Positions 1 to 10,507 of a stretch of 64,000 nt of DNA are shown piece after piece. The notes below the pieces were generated by a model. The model searched no databases and was not told the DNA's origin. It saw only the letters and a program-made list of their open reading frames with translations. This DNA is from Halarcobacter sp. GTDB lineage: Bacteria > Campylobacterota > Campylobacteria > Campylobacterales > Arcobacteraceae. The translations under genes were made by a program, and so were the position numbers. The DNA is taken from NCBI GenBank assembly GCA_963676565.1, contig OY781089.1:1824001-1888000 (forward strand), in the 5' to 3' direction. Within the stretch, counting starts at the first letter, position 1, and every line of letters begins with the position of its first letter.

Positions 1-1175
1 AAGATGATTTTAAAAGCAAAATAGAAGAGATTCAATCTCAATCTTGGTATAAAAACCCAATCGGTTTTGGTATTGCAAGAGTTGATAGAGGACAATTAAA
101 TCCTGAAAAAGTTTTACAAGCAACATATCCAGTAATGAACTGGGAAGAAAACTATGGTTCTGCTGCAGTATTTCTTAATGCACTAAAAGAAGCAGGTGTT
201 GAAGTTGATACTTCTAAGTCTGAATTAGTTGCATCTGTTAGTGATGTTTTTTTAACTTCTTGTATTGAGGTATTTAGACCTTATATCCCTGAAGCAAAAG
301 GACAAGATCATAAAAATGTTCAAGTAATTTCACAATTAGCATCTTTACCAATTGATTCTGGATTTACAGCTGAAGATTATAAAGTTGTATTTATTTTTGA
401 AGATGAAGCTCCACAAAGTGCTGAAACAGTGTACTTAAAACTTTATGCATTATCAACAGGAAAAGCTAAATTAAGAGGACTTAATCTTAATGGGGCATTT
501 GGACAATTAGAAAATTGTGCATGGGTTGGTAATCAACCAATTGAATTAGACTGGTTAAGAGAAAATGAAATTGCATTAAAACTTTCTGGAAAATATCCAT
601 CAATTACAAAAGTTGATAAATTCCCTCAATTCTTAGATCATGTAATCCCTGCAGATAACACAAGAATCTTAGATACTAACAAAGTTAGAATGGGTGCTCA
701 ATTAGCTGCTGGAACTACTGTTATGCCTGGAGCTGCTTATATTAACTTTAACGCAGGAACTGAAGGTGCAGTTATGGTTGAAGGTAGAATCTCTTCATCT
801 GCAAAAGTTGGAAAAGGTTCTGATGTTGGTGGAGGAGCTTCAATTCTTGGAGTTTTATCTGGAACTGATGGTGTTCCTGTAACAATTGGAGATAACACTT
901 TATTAGGTGCTAACTCTTGTACTGGTACAAGTATTGCTGATGGATGTATTTTAGATGCAGGTGTAACAATTTTACCAGGTACTAAAATTACACTTTCTGA
1001 AAAAGCAGTTGCAGCCTTAAAAGAGATTAATCCAGATAAAGAGATTAAAGAGCTTATGAGAGGTATGGATTTCCAAGGTGTAAATGGAGTTCATTTTAGA
1101 CAAAACTCAGTAACAGGTCAAATTATTGCTATGAGAAGTACTAGAGAAGTAAAACTTAACGAAGATTTACACTAG
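1..1175 (+). CDS. dapD: Tetrahydrodipicolinate N-succinyltransferase, 5' end outside window
   Basis: Frame is open from base 3 (DDFKSKIEEIQ...) into the 135..1175 ORF; VDKFPQF and hexapeptide repeats (GTTVMPGAAYINFNAGT, MVEGRISS). Confidence 0.92.
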   Translation, partial: DDFKSKIEEIQSQSWYKNPIGFGIARVDRGQLNPEKVLQATYPVMNWEENYGSAAVFLNALKEAGVEVDTSKSELVASVSDVFLTSCIEVFRPYIPEAKGQDHKNVQVISQLASLPIDSGFTAEDYKVVFIFEDEAPQSAETVYLKLYALSTGKAKLRGLNLNGAFGQLENCAWVGNQPIELDWLRENEIALKLSGKYPSITKVDKFPQFLDHVIPADNTRILDTNKVRMGAQLAAGTTVMPGAAYINFNAGTEGAVMVEGRISSSAKVGKGSDVGGGASILGVLSGTDGVPVTIGDNTLLGANSCTGTSIADGCILDAGVTILPGTKITLSEKAVAALKEINPDKEIKELMRGMDFQGVNGVHFRQNSVTGQIIAMRSTREVKLNEDLH

Positions 1176-1189
1176 TTTTTTAGTATATT

Positions 1190-1225
1190 AAAAAAAGGGG
1201 TGGCAAGTTTTGTCACCCCTTTTTT
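1190..1225. terminator. Bidirectional intrinsic terminator
   Basis: AAAAAAAGGGGTGGCAA-GTT-TTGTCACCCCTTTTTT between convergent genes. Confidence 0.85.
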
Positions 1226-1253
1226 ATTGGATATTTAAAATTTCTTTTACTTT

Positions 1254-3101
1254 TTAAAACAAGTCAACGCTACTAACTTGTTCTTCATGAAATCTTACTA
1301 CTTTATCTCTACCACTGCTTTTTGCTTCATATAAAGCAATATCTGCATTTTTAAGAACTGAATCAAAATTTTTACCATCTTGTGGGAACATAGATAAACC
1401 AATACTAATAGTTTTTTTAAGTTTTGCTCCTGCATAAACATCAATCTCATTTTCTCTAACTTTTTTACCAATATTATTTGCAATTTTTAGAGCATTTTCT
1501 TCACTATTTACACCAACAAGTAAAACTATAAACTCTTCTCCTCCATATCTTACTACAAGGTCAGATTCTCTAACAGATTCTTCTAGAATAGTTCCAAGTT
1601 CTTTTAATACTTTATCTCCAATATCATGTCCATATTCATCATTAACAGCTTTAAAGTGATCCATATCTAACATAAGCACACCAATATTTGTATTATCTCT
1701 TTTAACTTGAGGAATTAATTTTTTAGAGTGTTCATCTAAAAATTTTCTATTATAAAGACCAGTAAGGCCATCTCTGAATGCTGAGTTTTTTAAAGCATTC
1801 ATTAATAGATTAACTTCAAGGGAAGGTGAAGCTTCTTTTAAATAGTTTTTTATAAATACAGTTTTTTGTTTTAATTCTTCAAACTCTTCTTTCGTATCTA
1901 CAACACAATGAATTATTAGATATAAACTTTTTACTACATTTATATTAAAACAATAATAGTATTTATCCTTTTTATCAAAATATTGACAGCTATTGTGTAA
2001 ATCAATTGAATGAACATCACTTTTGGTTCTAGCACTTCTACATAATTCTGGAGATTCACAAAGGGTTTTATAACAATAAAACGATTCACCTTTTTCAATA
2101 ACCTTGGTGATTTTATTATTTAGCATATCTATTTCAGAAAATGTAAAATTATGTAGTTCAAACTCATTTTCCATAACATCAGCAAGTCTTTGGTAAATCT
2201 CTTCTTTTGAACTATCTTGTTCAACCTCTTTTTTAAATTGATATAGGTTTGAAAGTTTTTTGATGATTTCCCTTGATTCACTTAAAGGGTTTCTATTTGT
2301 TGAAAATTCAGTTCTATAACCAATAAATCCTTGAAGTTTTTTATCTATCTCTTCTGTAGTATCTTTAAAAGTTACCATTAAATTATTATAATTATTAGTT
2401 AAATCTTGAATATCCTTTGACAATCCAATTGGGGCTTCTACTTTTTTAAAGTTACCATTTAAAGCATAACTTAGATTGCTTTTAAATAGGGTTAATAAAA
2501 AAGTATAAGGGGCTAATATTTTTCTACTAATAAATATAAAAATTAATATTGTTAATAAAACAATAAAGATAGTTAAGTAAAGAGATTCTATACCAATCTC
2601 TTTAATAGAACTAATATCTAATTGCATAGAAACAGCACCTAAGGTTTCACCTTGAGATACATTATGACATTTAAGGCAATCAATTCCTTTGTCTGCTTGT
2701 GCAATATAAGGAATTGAAATTCTAATTTTTGAAGTTGTTAAACCTTCATCAATTTTATATGTGATTTTACCAGTTTTTAAAACCTCTTCATCTATTTTAT
2801 CCCTTGGAATATTAAATGAGGTAGTATTAAATTGTTCATTGATTTTTTCACTTCTTATAAGCCATAGTTTATCAATATTTCTAATGTTAGAAACAGATTG
2901 AATAAAGGTATCAACATCATCCATATTATTGTTTACCATATGGGAAGTTAGACCACTTTTAATAACTTCAGAGATAGAATTAGCATTATGTATTGCAGAC
3001 TTTATTCCAACATTTCGTAGATTATATAAACTATAAAAGGTTATAAGAATTGATAAAATAATTATTATTAAAAATGAAAGTGTTAATATATTTTTCTTCA
3101 T
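1254..3101 (-). CDS. Membrane diguanylate cyclase with periplasmic CxxCH sensor domain
   Basis: Two TM helices, CLKCH between them, C-terminal DGLTGLYNR, RESD I-site, RYGGEEF. Confidence 0.9.
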   Translation of the reverse strand: MKKNILTLSFLIIIILSILITFYSLYNLRNVGIKSAIHNANSISEVIKSGLTSHMVNNNMDDVDTFIQSVSNIRNIDKLWLIRSEKINEQFNTTSFNIPRDKIDEEVLKTGKITYKIDEGLTTSKIRISIPYIAQADKGIDCLKCHNVSQGETLGAVSMQLDISSIKEIGIESLYLTIFIVLLTILIFIFISRKILAPYTFLLTLFKSNLSYALNGNFKKVEAPIGLSKDIQDLTNNYNNLMVTFKDTTEEIDKKLQGFIGYRTEFSTNRNPLSESREIIKKLSNLYQFKKEVEQDSSKEEIYQRLADVMENEFELHNFTFSEIDMLNNKITKVIEKGESFYCYKTLCESPELCRSARTKSDVHSIDLHNSCQYFDKKDKYYYCFNINVVKSLYLIIHCVVDTKEEFEELKQKTVFIKNYLKEASPSLEVNLLMNALKNSAFRDGLTGLYNRKFLDEHSKKLIPQVKRDNTNIGVLMLDMDHFKAVNDEYGHDIGDKVLKELGTILEESVRESDLVVRYGGEEFIVLLVGVNSEENALKIANNIGKKVRENEIDVYAGAKLKKTISIGLSMFPQDGKNFDSVLKNADIALYEAKSSGRDKVVRFHEEQVSSVDLF

Positions 3102-3189
3102 TCATGCATCCCAGTGAGTATAAAATAATAGCGATTTTATTATTTTTGATTATATTATCATAATAATCTTTTTATTTCAAAGTCAAAAA

Positions 3190-4488
3190 TTAGATTTTGA
3201 AAAGATCTTTTGGATTAATATGCATCTCATTTTTTGTTGCTTGGAAAGTTAGTGTATCATTTACTCTTCCAACCACATAACCTTTTTTTATCCATCTTCC
3301 AACTTTTAAAGATGGAGAGATCTTATCAAGGTGTGAATATACTGTGTGCAAGCCATTTTGATGGGCTATAATCACAACATTTTCAAGCATTCCAGCATCT
3401 TTTTTTGCGTATACTATTTTTCCATTAAATATTGCTTTTACTTTTGCTTGTGGTTTTTTAGATTTTAAAACTACAGATTCATTGAAAAGTTCAATTTTAT
3501 AAACGGGGTCGTAATATGTACCAAACTTTTTAATTACATCAAATGAATCAAGGGGAGCAATGGTTCTTCTTCCTTTATATCTAGAAATTTTAATCCCTGA
3601 AGTTGATGAACCAATCATTCTTACATCAATATCAATATTATTGGCATATTTTTCATTTCTTGTATCATCTACATTATAGTTTTCTTTTTTTGTTTTGGTT
3701 GATTGGTTCTTTTTTTTACTTTCAGCTAATTTTTTTGCCCTTGCAATTCTTTCCTCTTTTTGTTTTTCTAATTCCTCTTTTTTAAGGATATTTAATTTTC
3801 CAAGTAAGGTCTTTAAGGATTCTTGTTTTTGTAAAGTTTTTTTCAATTCTTCTTGATAAACTTTATGTTTTTTCTCTAAAGATACTAAAGATTTAGAGTG
3901 TTTTGTTTTTAGTTCATTTAACTCTTTTTTTCTTTTTTTCCTATCTTCTATATATGAAGCAATTTTTTTGATTCTATTTTGATTCTCTTTTTTATTTTGT
4001 GTAATTAAGTCATAAGAATTATTAAGTTTTAAAATCTCATCTTTAGAACTTTGAGACAAAATTGTATATATCTCTGAGTCTATCAATTCTTCTAGCGAGC
4101 TTTCATCTGCAAGTTTTAATGCAATTGCAGAAGAGAATTCATCTATAATAACTTTTACTATTTGTCTTTCATTCTCTTTTTTTTCTTTTATTAAAGTTTT
4201 AGAGTTTTTTTGCAAGTTTGTAAGTTGGCTTCTTGCGTCTTTTAATTGAGCTTCATGTTTTATTATATCATCATTTACAATATCAATATCTTTTTCAAGA
4301 TCTGTTAATTCTTTATTTTGTTTTGATATTTGTTTAGCCAAGATTTTGATTAAAAAATCTGTTTTCATTTGTGTTGATTTACTTTTTTCAAGTATTTTTT
4401 TATTACTAGTTATTTTCTTATCGATGTTTTTTGTTGAGGAGTCTAAAAAACTAAATAGTATTAATGATAAAAATAAAAGTCTAATCAT
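3190..4488 (-). CDS. envC: Murein hydrolase activator EnvC family (coiled coil + M23-like)
   Basis: Signal peptide, long coiled coil, M23-like tail (HTVYSHLD); follows ftsEX. Confidence 0.8.
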   Translation of the reverse strand: MIRLLFLSLILFSFLDSSTKNIDKKITSNKKILEKSKSTQMKTDFLIKILAKQISKQNKELTDLEKDIDIVNDDIIKHEAQLKDARSQLTNLQKNSKTLIKEKKENERQIVKVIIDEFSSAIALKLADESSLEELIDSEIYTILSQSSKDEILKLNNSYDLITQNKKENQNRIKKIASYIEDRKKRKKELNELKTKHSKSLVSLEKKHKVYQEELKKTLQKQESLKTLLGKLNILKKEELEKQKEERIARAKKLAESKKKNQSTKTKKENYNVDDTRNEKYANNIDIDVRMIGSSTSGIKISRYKGRRTIAPLDSFDVIKKFGTYYDPVYKIELFNESVVLKSKKPQAKVKAIFNGKIVYAKKDAGMLENVVIIAHQNGLHTVYSHLDKISPSLKVGRWIKKGYVVGRVNDTLTFQATKNEMHINPKDLFKI

Positions 4489-5299
4489 ATTTCATTTTGT
4501 ATTTTAAAAGTACACCTACTATTGTTAGTATTGAAATTCCAAAAGAAAGTAAGAAAATCTTAATAAGTGAATTGTTTATTGTAAGAGTAACAATAACAAT
4601 TTTTTCTAAGTCTTTTGGTAATAATACGCCAATATCTCCAACTAAATATATAAAAATTCCTGAAACAATTAAAAAAGATAATAAAGAACTCATAATAGCA
4701 TATTTTAAAATTGTAGATGAACTATATAAAATAGAAGCACCGTGTAGTTTTAAAATAGTTATTTTTTCATGATGTTCATGGAACCATATTCTAATTTGTT
4801 TAGAAATCATAATAATTGCGAAAATTAAAATTATAGAAAAAAGAATCAAACTAATTTGATTTAAAAGTAATAGTAATAGATATACACTATTATGGTTTTT
4901 AGAAAACATCTCAACTTTTCTAATATTTTTATTTTGATAAAGTTGATTTTTTATAATCTCCAATTGACTAGTTGTAGGGAAAACTTCAAGTTTAATTTTA
5001 TAAAAATGGGGTAATTTTTGTTTTAACAAATCAATAGAAGATTTTGATAAACTTGACTTTATATTGTTTATAATCTTGTTGTTTTCAAGGGTAATAATCT
5101 TTTCAACTCTTATATCACCAAGTTCAGTTATCTCCTCTTTTATTAAAGGTGTATTTGTAATTACAACAATTGAGTAATCATTTGCAATGGTCTTTTTATA
5201 GTTGTCTAAAATATTAGAAGAAAAAAGATAAATTGTAAAAGATATTAACATTGCTGTTAATGGAATAACAAAGGCAAAAGTATTTTTAAGAAACTTCAT
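4481..5299 (-). CDS. ftsX: Cell division permease FtsX
   Basis: 4 TM helices, ILKLHGAS motif, coupled to ftsE. Confidence 0.85.
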   Translation of the reverse strand: MKFLKNTFAFVIPLTAMLISFTIYLFSSNILDNYKKTIANDYSIVVITNTPLIKEEITELGDIRVEKIITLENNKIINNIKSSLSKSSIDLLKQKLPHFYKIKLEVFPTTSQLEIIKNQLYQNKNIRKVEMFSKNHNSVYLLLLLLNQISLILFSIILIFAIIMISKQIRIWFHEHHEKITILKLHGASILYSSSTILKYAIMSSLLSFLIVSGIFIYLVGDIGVLLPKDLEKIVIVTLTINNSLIKIFLLSFGISILTIVGVLLKYKMKYD

Positions 5300-5948
5300 A
5301 TATTATTCCATCCTCAATAGATAACTGTCTAAACCTAATACCAAAGTTTTTTGGAACTCTATGGGTTACAACAACAACTGTAATTCCCAATTGTTCATTT
5401 GCACCTTTTAATAAATTCCAAACTACATCCGCAGAATAGTCATCTAGATTTCCAGTAGGTTCATCTGCAATGATTATTTTTGGATTATGGGCTAAAGCCC
5501 TTGCAACTGCAACTCTTTGTTGCTCTCCTCCACTAAGTTCATTTGGATAATATCCTTCTCTATGACTTAGTTTTACATGGGCAAGAAGCTTTTTTGCTTG
5601 TTCCTTTGAAATATCATGGGAATATCCATTGATTTTTAATGGAATCATGATATTCTCTTCTATAGTCCATTCTTTGATTAGTTTATAATCTTGGAAGATA
5701 ATCCCTATATCTTTTCGCAAGCGTCTAAGGGCTTTTCCTTTTATACCAAAAACCTCTTGACCGGCAATATTTAAGTTTCCATGCTTTAATGGAATTTCAC
5801 CATAAAACGATTTTAATAAAGTAGATTTACCACTACCACTTGTTCCCCCAATGAATATAAACTCTCTTTCTCTAATGGAAAAATTACCTTTTTTTATAAT
5901 GTATTTATTCTCATCATATGAAAGATATATATTCTTGGCATTAATCAT
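5286..5948 (-). CDS. ftsE: Cell division ATP-binding protein FtsE
   Basis: [40 protein letters not shown]. Confidence 0.92.
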   Translation of the reverse strand: MINAKNIYLSYDENKYIIKKGNFSIREREFIFIGGTSGSGKSTLLKSFYGEIPLKHGNLNIAGQEVFGIKGKALRRLRKDIGIIFQDYKLIKEWTIEENIMIPLKINGYSHDISKEQAKKLLAHVKLSHREGYYPNELSGGEQQRVAVARALAHNPKIIIADEPTGNLDDYSADVVWNLLKGANEQLGITVVVVTHRVPKNFGIRFRQLSIEDGIIYEVS

Positions 5949-7137
5949 TTTTTAGCATCTCTTTTAATTGATTATGTGCTTTTATATTTGCACTTGTAGG
6001 TAAAGGAAGGTCTTGAAAATATTTTGCTTTTTTATCTTTAATCAAAATATATTTATTTAATGGTCTATCAAAACTTCCAAAGGTTACTTGTATTAAACCT
6101 GAATTATTCTCTTCAATAGTAAATATATCTTCAATATGAATAAAGTAGTCATCTTTTACAACAGCTTTTGTACTGATATTATTTATAATTTTATCAAATT
6201 CAATCTCTTCATCAAATGAGAAGTCATAATTAAAGTTAATTTCCTTATCCTCTTGGGCACATTTTAATATGACATCATAAATATGTTTACCTTGTTTTTT
6301 CCATCTATCTTCATACTTACTTGAAATCGCTAAGTCTTTGTTGATATCAATTGTTATTTGTCCAGATGGTAAGTTTGTTAAAAGATCAACACAATAATCA
6401 AAATATTTTCTACTATCGGTTCTAAGTTCTAAAGTTCCTTCTTTTTTTAGTACTCTTAAGGCTTCGTTGATAAAAGCATTTGAATAGATTCTTCTATGGG
6501 GTTTTTTATCCCAAGGTACAGGAAAGTGAACAAATATTCTTCCAACTTTATTTGATTTGATAAACTCCATAAATAATCTTGCATCATAATTAACTACTAA
6601 AATATTTTCAATCCCTTGAATCTCAACTTGTTTTAGTAATTGTTCAATTGATGGTGTGTGTATCTCAAGACCAATATATTGAATATCTGGATTTTCTTTT
6701 GCTTGGTGTAAAAGGTGCCTTCCACTACCAAAGCCAATCTCAATATTTATCTCTTTATTTGTATCAAAATCATTTACAAAATAATCAATATCTTTTAAAT
6801 ATTTTTGTGTAGGCTTGATTTTTTGGTTTATACTTTGAGTATTTGAAAATAGAATATTTGCATCAATCTCATTAACATATGCATTTAAAGCATCTTTTAC
6901 CAGTTGAACTGGAGTCACTCTAGTAACTTTATCAACCTTTAGAAGATGGTTTTCATCTTTTTGTTTTAATGTAAGTAGAAAATCTTTATTCTCTTTTTCT
7001 ACACAAATTTTATATTCTGTTTTTCTAGGTTTACTAGTAAAATTAAATGATTTTGCTATAAATTTAAAAGTAACATCTTCATTTTTTGAAGGTGTTACTA
7101 AATCTTTGTTAAAACTGTCAAATATGATGTGCGGCAT
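5941..7137 (-). CDS. trmB: tRNA (guanine-N7)-methyltransferase
   Basis: IEIGFGSG, HFPVPWDKKPHRR, ELRTD. Confidence 0.92.
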   Translation of the reverse strand: MPHIIFDSFNKDLVTPSKNEDVTFKFIAKSFNFTSKPRKTEYKICVEKENKDFLLTLKQKDENHLLKVDKVTRVTPVQLVKDALNAYVNEIDANILFSNTQSINQKIKPTQKYLKDIDYFVNDFDTNKEINIEIGFGSGRHLLHQAKENPDIQYIGLEIHTPSIEQLLKQVEIQGIENILVVNYDARLFMEFIKSNKVGRIFVHFPVPWDKKPHRRIYSNAFINEALRVLKKEGTLELRTDSRKYFDYCVDLLTNLPSGQITIDINKDLAISSKYEDRWKKQGKHIYDVILKCAQEDKEINFNYDFSFDEEIEFDKIINNISTKAVVKDDYFIHIEDIFTIEENNSGLIQVTFGSFDRPLNKYILIKDKKAKYFQDLPLPTSANIKAHNQLKEMLKND

Positions 7138-7140
7138 TTA

Positions 7141-8418
7141 TTAATTCAACTCTTGTAATTTAGGTAATACTAATTCTGTTTTATCAGTAATTTCAGATAA
7201 GATCCCATTTTTATCAACAGCTTGAATTGAGTAGCTATAAACTACTCCTCTTACAATATCTTTATCTTCAAATCTTAAAGCATTGATATTTTCAATTTTT
7301 TCTTTTTTTGTTTTGAAGAAGTTTTCTTTGATACTTTTATGAATCACATAAGAAACAGCTCTTCTATCTCCAGGTTGCCAATTTAAAATTGCTTTTTCAC
7401 CTTGAATTTGTGCTAAAGTGATAACTGGTTTTGCTAATTTCCCTAATGTTAAACCCATTACAGAATTGATATTTAAATCACTTTCTAATCCATCTTTATC
7501 AACTGAACTTATTTTATAAAAATATGCTTTGCCATCTTCATTTACAAAATCTTGGAATTCTAAAACATTTGTATCTACAGTTTTTATAACATCAAAACCA
7601 TTATCTGCATCTGCACTTCTGTAAATATTGTATTTAATCACATCAGAAGATTGTGAAGGTTCCCAAGTTAATACAATTTTTCTTGGTAAATCTCTAGATG
7701 CTTTTAAGCTTAAAATACCTTCTGGTAAGGGTTTTGTTTGAGCTTTTACAATTGTACTTGGTTGTGATTCTAAACCATCAAAACTTAAAGCTGTAACTCT
7801 ATAATTATAAACTACATTGTCATCTAAATCTAAATCTATGTATTCAGCTTGTAATCTCCCATCAACTGTATCAAGTTTTTCCCATTCACTTGTTGAAGGT
7901 GAACTTCTTTCAATTTTGTATGATTCAATTCTTTCGTTTGAATGAGGTCTCCAGATAATTTTAATTTGTCTAGGTAAATTTGAAATTGCTTGAATAAAAC
8001 TAACACCTTCCATTTTTGGCAGTGTTGATACAATATAATCATTTGTAGTTCTAGATTCAACTTCCCCTTTTGTAGCTGAAGATATTTTGTAAACATATTT
8101 TGTATTTGGTTTTAAGTCTTCATCAACATAGTGCGTAGTGTATCTATTTTTAATAGTGTCAATTAATTTTAGTTTTTCACCATCTTCTTGAAGATTAGCT
8201 CTATAAAAGTGATACCCAACAACTCTTGGGTCATCAACTTTTCTCCATTCAAAGGCAATATTGTTTATATCAGAAATAGTTCTAATAGAAGCAGAATCAA
8301 CGACCTCTAGAGTATCATCGATTTTTGGAAGATTTGGTTGAGATAAATTACCATTTGTACATCCACTAACTAGTAAAATCAAAGCAGTTAATGATGTTAG
8401 TTTCATCAATTTTGTCAT
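7141..8418 (-). CDS. Fibronectin type III repeat lipoprotein (FlpA-like)
   Basis: Lipobox VSGC, repeated FN3 W...Y...Y patterns; start placed at ATG 8418 after GGAGAG. Confidence 0.8.
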   Translation of the reverse strand: MTKLMKLTSLTALILLVSGCTNGNLSQPNLPKIDDTLEVVDSASIRTISDINNIAFEWRKVDDPRVVGYHFYRANLQEDGEKLKLIDTIKNRYTTHYVDEDLKPNTKYVYKISSATKGEVESRTTNDYIVSTLPKMEGVSFIQAISNLPRQIKIIWRPHSNERIESYKIERSSPSTSEWEKLDTVDGRLQAEYIDLDLDDNVVYNYRVTALSFDGLESQPSTIVKAQTKPLPEGILSLKASRDLPRKIVLTWEPSQSSDVIKYNIYRSADADNGFDVIKTVDTNVLEFQDFVNEDGKAYFYKISSVDKDGLESDLNINSVMGLTLGKLAKPVITLAQIQGEKAILNWQPGDRRAVSYVIHKSIKENFFKTKKEKIENINALRFEDKDIVRGVVYSYSIQAVDKNGILSEITDKTELVLPKLQELN

Positions 8419-9352
8419 ATACACTCTCCATGTTAAAGTTTTTTTCTAAAAATTCTTGCATATCGTTATTAAGCTTTGCTGTAAAACTCATTGGTTTATT
8501 TGTAATTGGGTGAATTAAATATAAATTATATGCATGTAAATAAAATCTATTTATTTTATTTAATTCGCCCTTAAATCCATATAAATTATCTCCAAGTATA
8601 TGCCTATTTATCGAAGCTAGATGGACTCTTATTTGATGAGTTCTTCCTGTGAAAAGTTTAGCTGCTATTAAATCATATTTTTCATTATTTGATGTAACAA
8701 GCTTACTAAAAGCAGATTTTGCATTTTTACCATTTTCTAAAATTGTCATTTTAAGTCTATTTGTTGGATTTCTTCCAATAGGTTTTTCAATAATTAAATT
8801 TTCTTTTAAAGGTAAATCTATAATTGCAAGATAATACCTTCCCATGGTTTTATCTTCTAGTTGTTTTGCAAGTCCCACATGAGCTTCATTGCTTTTTGCT
8901 ACAACCATAACTCCACTAGTTCCTTTATCTAATCTGTGAACAATTCCATGCCTTTCTTCACCTGAAATTGTTGAAAGGGATATGTTTTTTAGTTTAAGCC
9001 AATCAACTAATGTTGCATCTTTTACACTTGGCGCATCATGGATTGTAAGATTATAGGGTTTATTTAAAACCAATATGTGTTCATCTTCATAGATGATTCC
9101 CACTTCTTTATCTTTCAAAGATTCTTGTATAAATTTCTCATCTTTTATAGGGTTTATTTGTGCTTCAGGGAAGAATACTTCTATTTCCTGATCCTCTTTT
9201 AATTTTATTCCTGGTTTTTTTACAATTTTACCATCTACTTTTACATATTCTTTTTTTATTAGTTGTTCAAGTTGGTTTCTTGAAGCCTCAATATTAAGGC
9301 TTAGAAACTTATCTAACCTATTTGGCTCTTGGACAATAAAAATTTTATTCAT
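8366..9352 (-). CDS. RluA/RluD-family pseudouridine synthase
   Basis: S4-like N-terminus, VHRLDKGTSG, TGRTHQIRVH; probable start MNKIF at 9352. Confidence 0.9.
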   Translation of the reverse strand: MNKIFIVQEPNRLDKFLSLNIEASRNQLEQLIKKEYVKVDGKIVKKPGIKLKEDQEIEVFFPEAQINPIKDEKFIQESLKDKEVGIIYEDEHILVLNKPYNLTIHDAPSVKDATLVDWLKLKNISLSTISGEERHGIVHRLDKGTSGVMVVAKSNEAHVGLAKQLEDKTMGRYYLAIIDLPLKENLIIEKPIGRNPTNRLKMTILENGKNAKSAFSKLVTSNNEKYDLIAAKLFTGRTHQIRVHLASINRHILGDNLYGFKGELNKINRFYLHAYNLYLIHPITNKPMSFTAKLNNDMQEFLEKNFNMESVYDKIDETNIINCFDFTS

Positions 9353-9371
9353 ATTTGGATACTCTTTCATT

Positions 9372-10481
9372 ATGCGTTTATTTGACAAAAGAATTATATC
9401 TCATTTTGACTATTTATTAATAATATTCATTTTACCTTTGGTTTTGCTTTCTTATAATTTGATAAGCGAAACAAACACAGCTTTAGCGAATAAGCAATTG
9501 GTGTATTTTTCTCTTTCACTAATTGCATTTTTTTTAGTTTTTATTTTACCTATTAGACGTCATATTAGGTTGATTCCTCTTTTGTATTGGCTAGGTATTA
9601 TACTTTTACTGGCTGTTGAGTTTTTTGGAGAAACAAGACTTGGTGCTAAAAGGTGGCTTTCTTTACCAATTACTGGGATGACAATACAACCAAGTGAACT
9701 TTTTAAACCTGTATTTATTTTGATGATGGGTTACTTGATTCAAAATAGGGAGCCTGAAAAAGGTGGATATAATTTTAAAGATTTCGTTTATTTCTCTTTT
9801 TATATTCTTTTACCTTTTGTTTTAATAGCAAAAGAACCAGACTTAGGAACAGCCTTAGTTTTACTTTTAGTTGGTTATGGGATATTATTTATTATTGGTG
9901 TAAATTGGAGAATATGGGCTGGTATTATTATTACTATTGCTTTAGCTTCTCCTTTAATATATTCAAATTTAATTAAAGATTATCAGAAAAAAAGGATAAA
10001 AGATTTTTTATCTGAAAAGCCAAGTTATCAAGTTCAACAATCTATTATTGCCATTGGTAATGGAGGAGTTGTAGGGAAAGATACAGAAGAAGCAACACAA
10101 ACACAATTAAAGTTTTTACCAATCGCCACAAGTGATTTTATTTTTGCTTATTTTGTTGAAAGATATGGTTTCTTAGGAGCATTTGGTTTAATCTTTGTTT
10201 ATGGATTATTGATATTTCACCTTTTATCTTTAAACTATTATTTCCATGATGATTATATTATTCGTGCCTTTGCCTCCGGATTAGGGTTTTTGATATTTTT
10301 TAATATGAGTGTAAATATTTTGATGGTTATAGGTTATGCACCTGTTGTAGGCCTACCTCTACCTATGTTTTCATATGGAGGTAGTTCTTTTATTAACTTT
10401 ATTGTTTTATTTGCAATATTGGAAAATCTTCTAGCCTTTAGGTTTATGGATTCTTATCAATTTGAAAGAAGACTAAAATAG
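9372..10481 (+). CDS. rodA: Rod shape-determining protein RodA (SEDS)
   Basis: GAKRWL, IQPSE, EPDLGT, PLPMFSYGGSS. Confidence 0.9.
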   Translation: MRLFDKRIISHFDYLLIIFILPLVLLSYNLISETNTALANKQLVYFSLSLIAFFLVFILPIRRHIRLIPLLYWLGIILLLAVEFFGETRLGAKRWLSLPITGMTIQPSELFKPVFILMMGYLIQNREPEKGGYNFKDFVYFSFYILLPFVLIAKEPDLGTALVLLLVGYGILFIIGVNWRIWAGIIITIALASPLIYSNLIKDYQKKRIKDFLSEKPSYQVQQSIIAIGNGGVVGKDTEEATQTQLKFLPIATSDFIFAYFVERYGFLGAFGLIFVYGLLIFHLLSLNYYFHDDYIIRAFASGLGFLIFFNMSVNILMVIGYAPVVGLPLPMFSYGGSSFINFIVLFAILENLLAFRFMDSYQFERRLK

Positions 10482-10507
10482 TTGAATTAGAAAATTAATT
10501 CAACTGT

